Shown here piece after piece: positions 56,777 to 64,000 of a stretch of 64,000 nucleotides of DNA; positions within the stretch are counted from its first letter, which is position 1, and each line of letters opens with the position of its first letter. The notes below the pieces were generated by a model. It did no database searches. It saw only the letters and a program-made list of their open reading frames with translations, and was not told the DNA's origin. The translations under genes and the position numbers were made by a program. The stretch is taken from positions 307,676 to 371,675 of the IMG/VR virus record IMGVR_UViG_3300035212_003113; one strand, 5' to 3'.

Positions 56777-56891
56777 GGGACGACCGACGAACCGCCGCAG
56801 CATACAGGATGCGGTGGATCTAACAGTAGCGCCGGTCCTAAAGCCGGTGTCCCCCGATCCTGTAGGACGAACCGCAAACCCCGGAGACGCC

Positions 56892-57200
56892 ATGACCCTG
56901 CCTATTGTTGGTGAGAAGCCCGCTCATACCGGCAGCCTGTCGGAGATTCGTACTTGGATGCGTGCTCCTAGCACCCGTGATGCCTGGATGGCACAGAATG
57001 TACTGCTGGGTGGTGCGTTCGCTACCTACATGGCAGACCAAGAGCCTGACGATGTTCGCCGAGTTTTTTGCATTGAGCCTGTCTGTCAGTTGAAGGAGGA
57101 TGCGGGCATCCGTGGTCGTGGTATCCACCTGTTTGCTCTGAAGGACTTTGAAGACGCGCTGTGGACTGGGTTTGCCGCTACCATCAACCGCCGTCGCTGA
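56892..57200 (+). CDS. cassette gene, hypothetical protein
   Basis: GGAG SD after element 56834. Confidence 0.65.
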   Translation: MTLPIVGEKPAHTGSLSEIRTWMRAPSTRDAWMAQNVLLGGAFATYMADQEPDDVRRVFCIEPVCQLKEDAGIRGRGIHLFALKDFEDALWTGFAATINRRR

Positions 57201-57219
57201 AGCCCTGACAGGAGACAAC

Positions 57220-57714
57220 ATGCATAAGTCTTTTTCGGAAATGCTTGGCGCTAACTTCAAGCCGGCTGACTTTGCTCCCGGTCGCTATGACATGATGGTA
57301 GACTATTTCTCTTGGACCCTGCATGTTGCCAATGCTATTTCTGAGGCCGTTGCTAATCATGTTCGGGAAAGCCGCCCGGATGCCATGCCGGACCTGAATG
57401 ACCCGGCTGTTATTGTTCGCACTCTGTATAGCTTTTTCAATGGGCGTATTACTGAGAATGACGGGCTAGAGCTTGTCCTGATTCCCGAAGGTCAGCCGTC
57501 TGATCACTGGGATATTATTCCCGGCAAAAAGTATAGCGTCAACTACGCTTACTTGCACAATGCCTGCGCTATTATGCTCGGTGTTCCTACCTATGTCAAG
57601 CAGGATGATGCTGGTCTTATTCGCAACTTTTGGTTTGTCGAGGAATACTTTTTCCGTGATGCCGAAGGCCTTGAGCGTTGGCTAAAGATCCGGGCTGCCC
57701 GCCGGGCTGCCTGA
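57220..57714 (+). CDS. hypothetical protein
   Basis: AGGAG SD; stop overlaps the left end of element 57713. Confidence 0.65.
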   Translation: MHKSFSEMLGANFKPADFAPGRYDMMVDYFSWTLHVANAISEAVANHVRESRPDAMPDLNDPAVIVRTLYSFFNGRITENDGLELVLIPEGQPSDHWDIIPGKKYSVNYAYLHNACAIMLGVPTYVKQDDAGLIRNFWFVEEYFFRDAEGLERWLKIRAARRAA

Positions 57715-57764
57715 TCCTAAAGACGGTTTATCCCGATCCTGTAACCTGTAACCCCGGAGATCCT

Positions 57765-58226
57765 GTGCCTAACTGGTGTGGTAACATTGTCGAGATTTCT
57801 TCCAACAGCACCGCTGACATGGATGGGGTCATGGCCCTACTCTGCAATACCGACGAGCCATTCGCTGCTATCTTTCCCCGTCCGCCTGACGAGGATTGGT
57901 ATGATTGGAATACTACCAACTGGGGCACCAAGTGGGATGCCACCGGCTTCTCTATTAGCCGGGATTCTGATGATCACATTACTCTGACCTTTGACACAGC
58001 TTGGGCTCCGTCACTTGGCGTCACCGGCCGGCTGGCAGATCGCTTTCCCAGCCTGGAGATCCGCCATCTCTATGAGGAGCCTGGTATGTGTTTCAATGGC
58101 TGTGCTACTTTTGCCAAAGGACGCATGACTGGCGATGAATGCCGGGACATGACTGATAATGATCTGGAGATAAACGAGGACGGGGAAGAAAATCCCGACT
58201 TTGTTTACCTGTCTGATCGCTTCTAG
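57765..58226 (+). CDS. YubB/Api92 (DUF1281-like) family protein
   Basis: MPNWC..N, WYDWNTTNWGTKWDA, FDTAWAP, LYEEPG. Confidence 0.8.
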   Translation: MPNWCGNIVEISSNSTADMDGVMALLCNTDEPFAAIFPRPPDEDWYDWNTTNWGTKWDATGFSISRDSDDHITLTFDTAWAPSLGVTGRLADRFPSLEIRHLYEEPGMCFNGCATFAKGRMTGDECRDMTDNDLEINEDGEENPDFVYLSDRF

Positions 58227-58571
58227 GAATGACATGAGCAAGCCTATTGTTCATGCCGGACGAGCATTGGCACTTAGTCCGGCACAGGCAGATGCCGCCA
58301 TTAGTGGATAGCTAAAGGTGGCACTTGCCTACCGGCAAGGTCGTAAGCGCCGCATTCGTAAAGGACTATTGCGGGTTTATGGTTGCCCTTGCTGTGGTAT
58401 ATTTGCAGATGTCATCGGCGTCAACACGCAGCGCCGCTATGTCAACTTCACAAATCTTTTCTCCCTCTTTCGTGATCGACTGATACCAGCCCATGACTGA
58501 GGGGGCCGGGCCTAAAGCCGGTGCCGCCCGATCCTGTAGGTCGACCGCCACACCCCAACAACGGAGTCAGT

Positions 58572-59177
58572 ATGACCGAGCGTATCCCGCAGATTGGTGA
58601 GACTATCCGCAATCGTACCGGTGGCAATCTGAGCGCCAGCTTTGCTGCCATGCAGAATCTGCGTGCTGTCATCGAGGAGATTACTGAGGCTGCCCGTGTG
58701 CAGGCTATCCTCCAACAGCACCTGGATGGCAAGGTGTCGGCTCTGGCCGTCCGCTATGATGACATTGTTGAATGTCCAGAAATCCTGAACTTTGTTACGC
58801 CGATTAGCCGCGAGCCGGACTTTGACGGCAAGTTTATCCTCTGGGAAGGCTACGCCCGTGATGCCGGCAATCCTATGAGTGGTATGCGTGGTGACCGTGG
58901 CCAGCTCCACCGGGTTATCCAGCACGCCAACGGCCACCGTGTTTTCTGCAAGTACAACAGCGTGTTGCAGAGCTGGAATACTTGCGAGGCCCGTGACCCT
59001 GAAACTGGCAATAAGATTCCCAATCGTTTTCCCAAGGCTGTGTTCCGCCGCCGCAAGAGCGATGACTGGGCGGACGTTGGCGCTGACACGGTTAGCCGGA
59101 CTGTTATGAGCCCCAAGGGTGATACCACTACCCGTGTCTTTGACGCCAACTGGAAGCCACGTTCGGTTCGTCGCTGA
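58572..59177 (+). CDS. cassette gene, hypothetical protein
   Basis: GGAG SD after element 58508. Confidence 0.7.
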   Translation: MTERIPQIGETIRNRTGGNLSASFAAMQNLRAVIEEITEAARVQAILQQHLDGKVSALAVRYDDIVECPEILNFVTPISREPDFDGKFILWEGYARDAGNPMSGMRGDRGQLHRVIQHANGHRVFCKYNSVLQSWNTCEARDPETGNKIPNRFPKAVFRRRKSDDWADVGADTVSRTVMSPKGDTTTRVFDANWKPRSVRR

Positions 59178-59257
59178 CAAGTAATCGGTTGCTGCCGACG
59201 GACAGCAAGTGGTTTGCACGTTCCGCAAAAAAACGTGCGCTTTTTACCGGGAGAGCT

Positions 59258-59422
59258 ATGAGCGAATACAACGATTACCCTTATTGTGGAACCTGCTTGC
59301 GCTATCTGCACGAGCCTCCCGAGTATTCCTTTTGTCTGGCACTATTCAAGATGTCGGTTTGCCGGGAGTGTGGCAAGCAGCAGGTGCCGGAAGATAGGCA
59401 GTCTCATAAGGATAATCCATGA
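59258..59422 (+). CDS. small Zn-finger-like protein
   Basis: CGTC...CRECG. Confidence 0.55.
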   Translation: MSEYNDYPYCGTCLRYLHEPPEYSFCLALFKMSVCRECGKQQVPEDRQSHKDNP

Positions 59423-59634
59423 CCGCTGCTGATGACCGTCTGACAAGCATTGTCGAGGAGCGGGATGCTGCCCATTTCGAGGCGAAACTTCTGCGCGAAG
59501 ATAATGAACGCCTGCGAACGGCACTAAAGCGGTTGATGGATGCTGCCCCTTTAGAGGACAACGGCAGCACACAACTTGTCGACGCTTTTATTCACGCCCT
59601 AAATACTCTTGACCGAACCAGAGATGAGCCATGA
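59419..59634 (+). CDS. small coiled-coil protein
   Basis: EERDAA...DNERLR; ATGA overlaps. Confidence 0.6.
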   Translation: MTAADDRLTSIVEERDAAHFEAKLLREDNERLRTALKRLMDAAPLEDNGSTQLVDAFIHALNTLDRTRDEP

Positions 59635-60011
59635 AGATTGATGATTTCCTAGAGGCCGACGAGAATGGCTGGCACATTGACTGGTACACGCTGCACGCCA
59701 ATGAAGCGGATGTTATCTACGCAAAGGAAGAACACGGGAAAGATATTCAGGCTGGAGATGTGCTATGGCGCTTGCCTAAAGCGATTGGTCCTATTGACAT
59801 TGACTACAATGGCTGGACCGGCTATTATCTCAAGTGCAGGGAGAGTGATGCCCTACTCGCTGCTGCCGCTCCCGATCTGCTAGCCGCCTGTGAACTACTG
59901 CTAAAGGCACAAAGCTGTGCAGACGCAGGCGAGGGAGATGGCTTTGGGTATTATGTCGATGCTGTTCAAGCAGCAGGCATCGCTATTGCCAAAGCAAAGG
60001 GCAAGTCATAA
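59631..60011 (+). CDS. hypothetical protein with AAAPDLL motif
   Basis: LLAAAAPDLLAACE...AIAKAKG. Confidence 0.65.
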   Translation: MKIDDFLEADENGWHIDWYTLHANEADVIYAKEEHGKDIQAGDVLWRLPKAIGPIDIDYNGWTGYYLKCRESDALLAAAAPDLLAACELLLKAQSCADAGEGDGFGYYVDAVQAAGIAIAKAKGKS

Positions 60012-60035
60012 TGATCCGAGCGAAAGAAGAAAATC

Positions 60036-60392
60036 ATGAATGATTTACTCGACGAGATCAAAGAAAAGTGGAACATACCATACACGCTGCCTATGTCTGT
60101 TCCATGGGGAAAAGACGACGTTGTATGGCTGGTGCAAGAGATCGAACGCCTGCGCGCCGAGAGCGAACGTCTTCTGAGAGAACGGGCCACGGCGTGGTTT
60201 GAGCGCGACGAAGCCCGCTATGGGCTGTTGGAAATGCACCGTGAGCGCAACGAAGCACGAGATGATAACGAGCGCTTGCGTGAAGTGATTCAATCCCTAG
60301 TAGAACAAAAAAAGATTGTCAATATCCGTGAGGCCGATGGCACATACATTGACGTGACAGCTTGGTGCAAGGCTGCTCTTGAACAGGAGTGA
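60036..60392 (+). CDS. coiled-coil (Ead/Ea22-like) hypothetical protein
   Basis: DVVWLVQEIERLRAE, ERDEAR/ERNEAR heptads. Confidence 0.6.
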   Translation: MNDLLDEIKEKWNIPYTLPMSVPWGKDDVVWLVQEIERLRAESERLLRERATAWFERDEARYGLLEMHRERNEARDDNERLREVIQSLVEQKKIVNIREADGTYIDVTAWCKAALEQE

Positions 60393-60478
60393 CAGCCCGC
60401 CCCGGTCCTAAAGCCGGGGACCGCCGATCCTGAGCGGCGAGCCACCGACAGCCGGTGAGTTTTTTGTCCGGGAGACAC

Positions 60479-60685
60479 ATGATCTTTGACAGACTCGATG
60501 AGTACGAAGGCGGTGGTGGTTTCGACGGAACCTACTGCCCGGAATACTACAATCGAAAGCCAACGCGAGAGCCTGGCTACAGCGTACAAGTATTCGACCG
60601 ATACGCCGACGAAGATGCAGTCCTCCAAAAAAATAAATCAAAACCATCGCCATTGGCAATGCTGTGGCTCAAGGAGCAACCATGA
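60479..60685 (+). CDS. cassette gene, hypothetical protein
   Basis: GGGAG SD after element 60404. Confidence 0.55.
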   Translation: MIFDRLDEYEGGGGFDGTYCPEYYNRKPTREPGYSVQVFDRYADEDAVLQKNKSKPSPLAMLWLKEQP

Positions 60686-61251
60686 GCAAACCACTGACCG
60701 ACAACGCTATCCGCCTACCCGCCGACCTCGCTGGCGCTCTTGCACTCATCGAAAGCCTCACCGTCCAGCGTGACGCAGCGGAGGCGTTGGCGAAGGAGCG
60801 GACGATTGAGCGCGACAACTACGGACAGGAACTCGACAAGTCGACTGGCATGGTCGAGATGCTCGTCGACGACGCCGAAGCAGCCCGCATGTTGTGGCGC
60901 TCGTCAGAGAAGGCGTGCGCGCACATGGATACCCAGCGTGCCATCGCCCGCGCCGAGCGTGACGACGCCGAGCAGATGGTGGCGCAGTTGCGGGAGACGT
61001 TGACGACTGGTCGAGACATCGTCATCGAAACCAGCCGCCAACACACTCAGTGGGTCGAGGGTGCCTACGATATCCTTGAATCCTCCGCCCCCATCGCCGG
61101 TCGGTGGTGTCTGGCGAGCGAACATGCCGCTGCTATCGCACGTCTTGAGTTCTTGGAACGCAAGGTCAGACGGGCGGAGGAGGTCATGGACGTGATCCGG
61201 TCTAGTTTACCCCTGCTGGTGCAGCACTATGAAGAAGAGGTGAAGTCATGA
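60682..61251 (+). CDS. coiled-coil hypothetical protein
   Basis: AGGAG SD; QRDAAE/ERDNY/ERDDAE repeats. Confidence 0.65.
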   Translation: MSKPLTDNAIRLPADLAGALALIESLTVQRDAAEALAKERTIERDNYGQELDKSTGMVEMLVDDAEAARMLWRSSEKACAHMDTQRAIARAERDDAEQMVAQLRETLTTGRDIVIETSRQHTQWVEGAYDILESSAPIAGRWCLASEHAAAIARLEFLERKVRRAEEVMDVIRSSLPLLVQHYEEEVKS

Positions 61252-61460
61252 GCCCGCTTGTTGCCGCTGTTGTCTCGCTGGCGCTGCCGGTCATTGCTGC
61301 CGACGCCTTACTTGCTGTACTGTGCTTCGCCCTTGGGGGTGAGGCCAAGCGGTGGGCGGTTATCTGGTGGGCGCGGTTATTTTACCCCGCGATTACTTGT
61401 GCATTCGCCCTCGTGTCCCTTGGTATTTACCATATGCTGGTGCAAGGGGTGAAACCATGA
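61248..61460 (+). CDS. small membrane protein
   Basis: Two hydrophobic segments; GAGGTG SD. Confidence 0.6.
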   Translation: MSPLVAAVVSLALPVIAADALLAVLCFALGGEAKRWAVIWWARLFYPAITCAFALVSLGIYHMLVQGVKP

Positions 61461-61533
61461 TGACGAATCACACACCGGGACCGAAGGGGTGCATCATGAA
61501 TCTGCCTGACCCCGGCGACGACAAGGAGACGGC

Positions 61534-61845
61534 ATGACCACAAAATACACACCCGGACCGTGGGACTGGCGAGACACATCCGATTTGCGTCAGGCGAAAT
61601 CAACGAGGACCGACGGGAGGTACGGCGAATCTGTGCTCTGTGCGTCCTATGATTATGATCGTGGACCGTACCTGGATACGACGGATGCCAACCGAGCCCT
61701 GATCGGTGCAGCGCCTGACCTGCTGGCGGCGCTGGTTCATCTGGAGCGTATGGTATCTAAAATGCGCCAAACATTAGACGACGACGACCCGGCGCTAGAG
61801 TCAGCCCGCGCCGCCATCGCAAAGGCGACGAAGGAGCAGTCATGA
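61534..61845 (+). CDS. TPGPW...ANxxLIxAAPDLL family hypothetical protein
   Basis: YTPGPWDW; ANRALIGAAPDLL. Confidence 0.7.
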   Translation: MTTKYTPGPWDWRDTSDLRQAKSTRTDGRYGESVLCASYDYDRGPYLDTTDANRALIGAAPDLLAALVHLERMVSKMRQTLDDDDPALESARAAIAKATKEQS

Positions 61846-61899
61846 ACACCAACAGCGCGACCTCGCGCCTCTACGGGCTGGACGGGTACCGGAGAAACC

Positions 61900-62178
61900 A
61901 TGACAATGAAACGTGACCGGGCGGCAGCCGCTGCCTTTTTCCACGACCAGCCCGAGTGGGATCTCACCATTGCCCACTGGATTGAGACGGGCGAAAAACG
62001 CTACGGCGCGGGCACCGTGCGCTCCAACGTGCTGGCGCTGGCAGAAGCCTTCGCGGCTCACTCCGTCCCCGTCGACAACTCCAGCAGCAGCCATGCGACT
62101 CACAAGCGCGAGCGCGAGGAGTTGAAAGCGTCGACCGACAAGATTTTTGCTGATTTAGACAAGGTGGTGAAACCATGA
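61900..62178 (+). CDS. hypothetical protein
   Basis: GGAG SD. Confidence 0.55.
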   Translation: MTMKRDRAAAAAFFHDQPEWDLTIAHWIETGEKRYGAGTVRSNVLALAEAFAAHSVPVDNSSSSHATHKREREELKASTDKIFADLDKVVKP

Positions 62179-62369
62179 GTAAAGACGAAGCACTTGTTCT
62201 GATGACTATTCGCTGTTTGGAGGCCGAAGCACGCCTACAACAGGCCGTGCCGCTTGACGCCGTTCAACGGCTCCGAGAGGAAGTATTGTCACGGGCACCC
62301 GAGAGCCTGCGGGGTGGTTATGACCGGTTCTTTGCAGAGGTAGTAGGCAAGCCCTGTAGGCCGTTGTGA
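62175..62369 (+). CDS. hypothetical protein
   Basis: ATGA overlap. Confidence 0.55.
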   Translation: MSKDEALVLMTIRCLEAEARLQQAVPLDAVQRLREEVLSRAPESLRGGYDRFFAEVVGKPCRPL

Positions 62370-62506
62370 CGGCAGCACTCAGCTGCGTATTGTGCGGACG
62401 CCCCGGCCCTAAAGACGGAGTCCCCCGATCTTGAAGGCCGAAGCGCCCCGCCTAAATGGCAAACTGTTCCTGCCTGCCTCTACAGAGTTCTAAAAGGATA
62501 AAAGCC

Positions 62507-62899
62507 ATGAAGATTCTAAATCGTGAAAACTTCCTGCGCTGTCCTGCTGGCACGGTATTCTTTGACTATAAGCCGCAAGTCTTTGGAGGTCTTTCTATCA
62601 AGACATGCGAGCCAAAGCCACTCAATAGGAATAACGGATATCCGGACGATTTCTTCCGCATTGATATTGACACGGTGCTCAATGTAGGGGAACCCGGTCG
62701 TGGTGAGTCATGCAGCGATACCTATGAAGCTATTTCTCTCCTGGAACGCGCGGAGGCTGGCGAGCAGGTAGACCTGCATTTTGATGCCGATGGACGCGAC
62801 GGCATCTTTGACGAGGATGCCCGCTTTGCCGTTCTCGATCCCGAGGATGTGCAACGCTTGATTGCTGTACTCAGTAATGCGCCCAAGGAAATGCCTTGA
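62507..62899 (+). CDS. cassette gene, hypothetical protein
   Basis: MKILNRENFLRCPAGTVF; AAGGA SD after element 62405. Confidence 0.65.
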   Translation: MKILNRENFLRCPAGTVFFDYKPQVFGGLSIKTCEPKPLNRNNGYPDDFFRIDIDTVLNVGEPGRGESCSDTYEAISLLERAEAGEQVDLHFDADGRDGIFDEDARFAVLDPEDVQRLIAVLSNAPKEMP

Positions 62900-62960
62900 T
62901 CCGTACAACGGCTGACATTATCTAGAGAGGCAACTTTCTCTAAGAATTTTGGAGCAAAGC

Positions 62961-63335
62961 ATGAGCAAGCACACACCTGGACCATGGGCTGCCGGCCGAG
63001 CTGATATGCAGACCATTGTAGAAGGTTATCCCTGCAAATGGATCTATGGTCCAGACGATTCTTATTTGGCCTTGGCAAGCGGCCGTGCATCCGATAACTG
63101 GGATGAAGTTATGGCCAATGCCCGGCTAATCGCAGCCGCTCCAGCACTACTTGCATTTGCCGAGCGCGTACTAGCCCGCTGGCATTCCCATGACGGCCAG
63201 CTAGATCGCATTGATGATGCGCTCGCTGCGCTTGCAGCAGCTACCGGCAAAGAATCAGAAGATATTCTCCGTCAATCAGAAAGTGCTGTACGGCAAATGC
63301 TGAAGGAACTGTATGGAGAAGATACAGAGGAATAA
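62961..63335 (+). CDS. TPGPW...ANARLIAAAP family hypothetical protein
   Basis: HTPGPW; ANARLIAAAPALL. Confidence 0.7.
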   Translation: MSKHTPGPWAAGRADMQTIVEGYPCKWIYGPDDSYLALASGRASDNWDEVMANARLIAAAPALLAFAERVLARWHSHDGQLDRIDDALAALAAATGKESEDILRQSESAVRQMLKELYGEDTEE

Positions 63336-63427
63336 GACTTCCTGACAGTCCCCGCCGGCCCTAAAGCCGGCGTCCCCCGATCCTGAAGGCCGAACCCCGC
63401 CGCAAACCTTCTAACGCTGGAGATAAA

Positions 63428-63748
63428 ATGGGCACCCGTTTTGTACCGATGGCTGATGTAAAGTCCGCTTCTCTCGCTGCCGGCTCCCATTGGTTTGAGC
63501 CAGATTCTATGCGATTCTTCCGCACCCGCTTGCCCCTGCTTGGTAAGATGGATGACGGCGGCAGAGTATGGTTCGTCAGCTCTGAGGCACCCCGCAGCGG
63601 AAACCGCAAGTATTCTGTTCGGGTATTTATTCCACAGACCGGCTCTGTACAAACTCACGGAACTTTTCACTCGTACGCTTCCTCTCGTGCTGCACAGCGG
63701 GCTGTCGATACTGCGATTGCAGCTGGTATTGGTCCGCAGTCAGCATAG
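63428..63748 (+). CDS. conserved phage hypothetical protein (HWF...MRFF family)
   Basis: HWFEPDSMRFFRTRL...FVSSE...YSVR; GGAG SD after element 63357. Confidence 0.7.
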   Translation: MGTRFVPMADVKSASLAAGSHWFEPDSMRFFRTRLPLLGKMDDGGRVWFVSSEAPRSGNRKYSVRVFIPQTGSVQTHGTFHSYASSRAAQRAVDTAIAAGIGPQSA

Positions 63749-63902
63749 CAGAAAGGGCCGCCCTAAAGCCGGTGTCCCCTGATCTTGTAGGTGGAGCCTG
63801 CTGACTGCATCAGTCCCGTCAAAAGAATTTATTATTTCTTACCAGGACAATCATCCACAGTGACGTTGTGTCCCATTAGACTGCCTTTGCACGGAGGACA
63901 AA

Positions 63903-64000
63903 ATGAAACTAGACGTCTGGTCTCTCCTCGATGCTGGTGGCGTCTTTCAATACGGAAGGTACGAGATCAGGAACAGTAATGGCTTGCTTCACCGGGATGA
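63903..64000 (+). CDS. 5' end of an MKL-signature protein with an LHR motif, truncated by window end
   Basis: GGAGG SD; MKLDVWSLL...NGLLHRD. Confidence 0.6.
   Translation, partial: MKLDVWSLLDAGGVFQYGRYEIRNSNGLLHRD

Larger units (their letters stand above)
43117..63787 (+). promoter_or_regulatory. dispersed 29-bp bipartite element (G/C/A)GTCCTAAA-N13-GATC(C/T)TG, 47 copies; putative novel -35/-10 promoter
   Basis: Plus-strand starts: 43117,43687,44178,44764,45158,45677,46027,46468,47044,47605,47779,48082,48336,48700,49256,49697,50054,50752,51271,51751,52108,52510,52894,53183,53329,53979,54087,54256,54397,54537,54745,55659,55729,55798,55879,55938,55997,56747,56834,57713,58508,60404,62405,63357,63759; minus strand 54188-54216 and 54500-54528; invariant spacing. 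The repeat itself is certain; promoter function is inferred. Confidence 0.8.

Noticed and set aside
54397-63787. Sigma-28 (FliA/SigD) promoters, suggested by TAAA and GCCGAT in GC-type copies
   Set aside because: Sigma-28 needs TAAA-N15-GCCGATAA; here TAAA to GCCGAT is 10 nt and GAT is followed by CC/CT
43117-63787. Classical integron attC or Xer dif sites
   Set aside because: No inverted RYYYAAC/GTTRRRY core pair, halves are direct rather than inverted repeats, and no integrase in the window. A recombination role remains only a hypothesis
1-64000. tRNA/rRNA genes, stop-codon recoding, reverse transcriptase, sigma factor or recombinase
   Set aside because: None recognised by eye. Long genes are intact in the standard code and use TAG/TGA as stops. 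A tRNAscan/HMM search was not possible

Overview
64-kb segment of a large tailed phage genome (jumbo-phage-like; host not identifiable from this window). 1-6.3 kb: putative virion structural genes. 6.3-10.2 kb: glycosyltransferase plus a cluster of truncated sugar-modification enzyme homologues. 10.2-26.6 kb: tubulin/FtsZ-family GTPase, SF2 helicase, DnaC-like ATPase, DnaB helicase, PIN-PhoH, amidase, HNH nucleases, GroES, NrdB/NrdA. 27.4-32.7 kb: short overlapping ORFs sharing an N-terminal M-K-L-x-x-hydrophobic signature. 33.9-41.0 kb: modular tail fibre. Then a protein kinase-like gene and a tandem-repeat block (42.7-43.0 kb). The standout is 43.1-63.8 kb: an array of mostly single-gene cassettes built on 47 copies (45 plus, 2 minus strand; counted by eye) of a fixed-length 29-bp bipartite element GGTCCTAAA-N13-GATC(C/T)TG. 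In 38 copies a purine lies exactly 35 nt after the element start (pyrimidine-purine step in 37) and shared leader sequences begin on that base, giving -35/-10 promoter geometry with a non-sigma70 consensus. The other 9 copies all sit in two ORF-free clusters and all carry TT at that position, suggesting a second, non-initiating class. Promoter function is inferred from geometry only. No sigma factor, RNA polymerase, recombinase, tRNA or CRISPR-Cas was recognised in the window.
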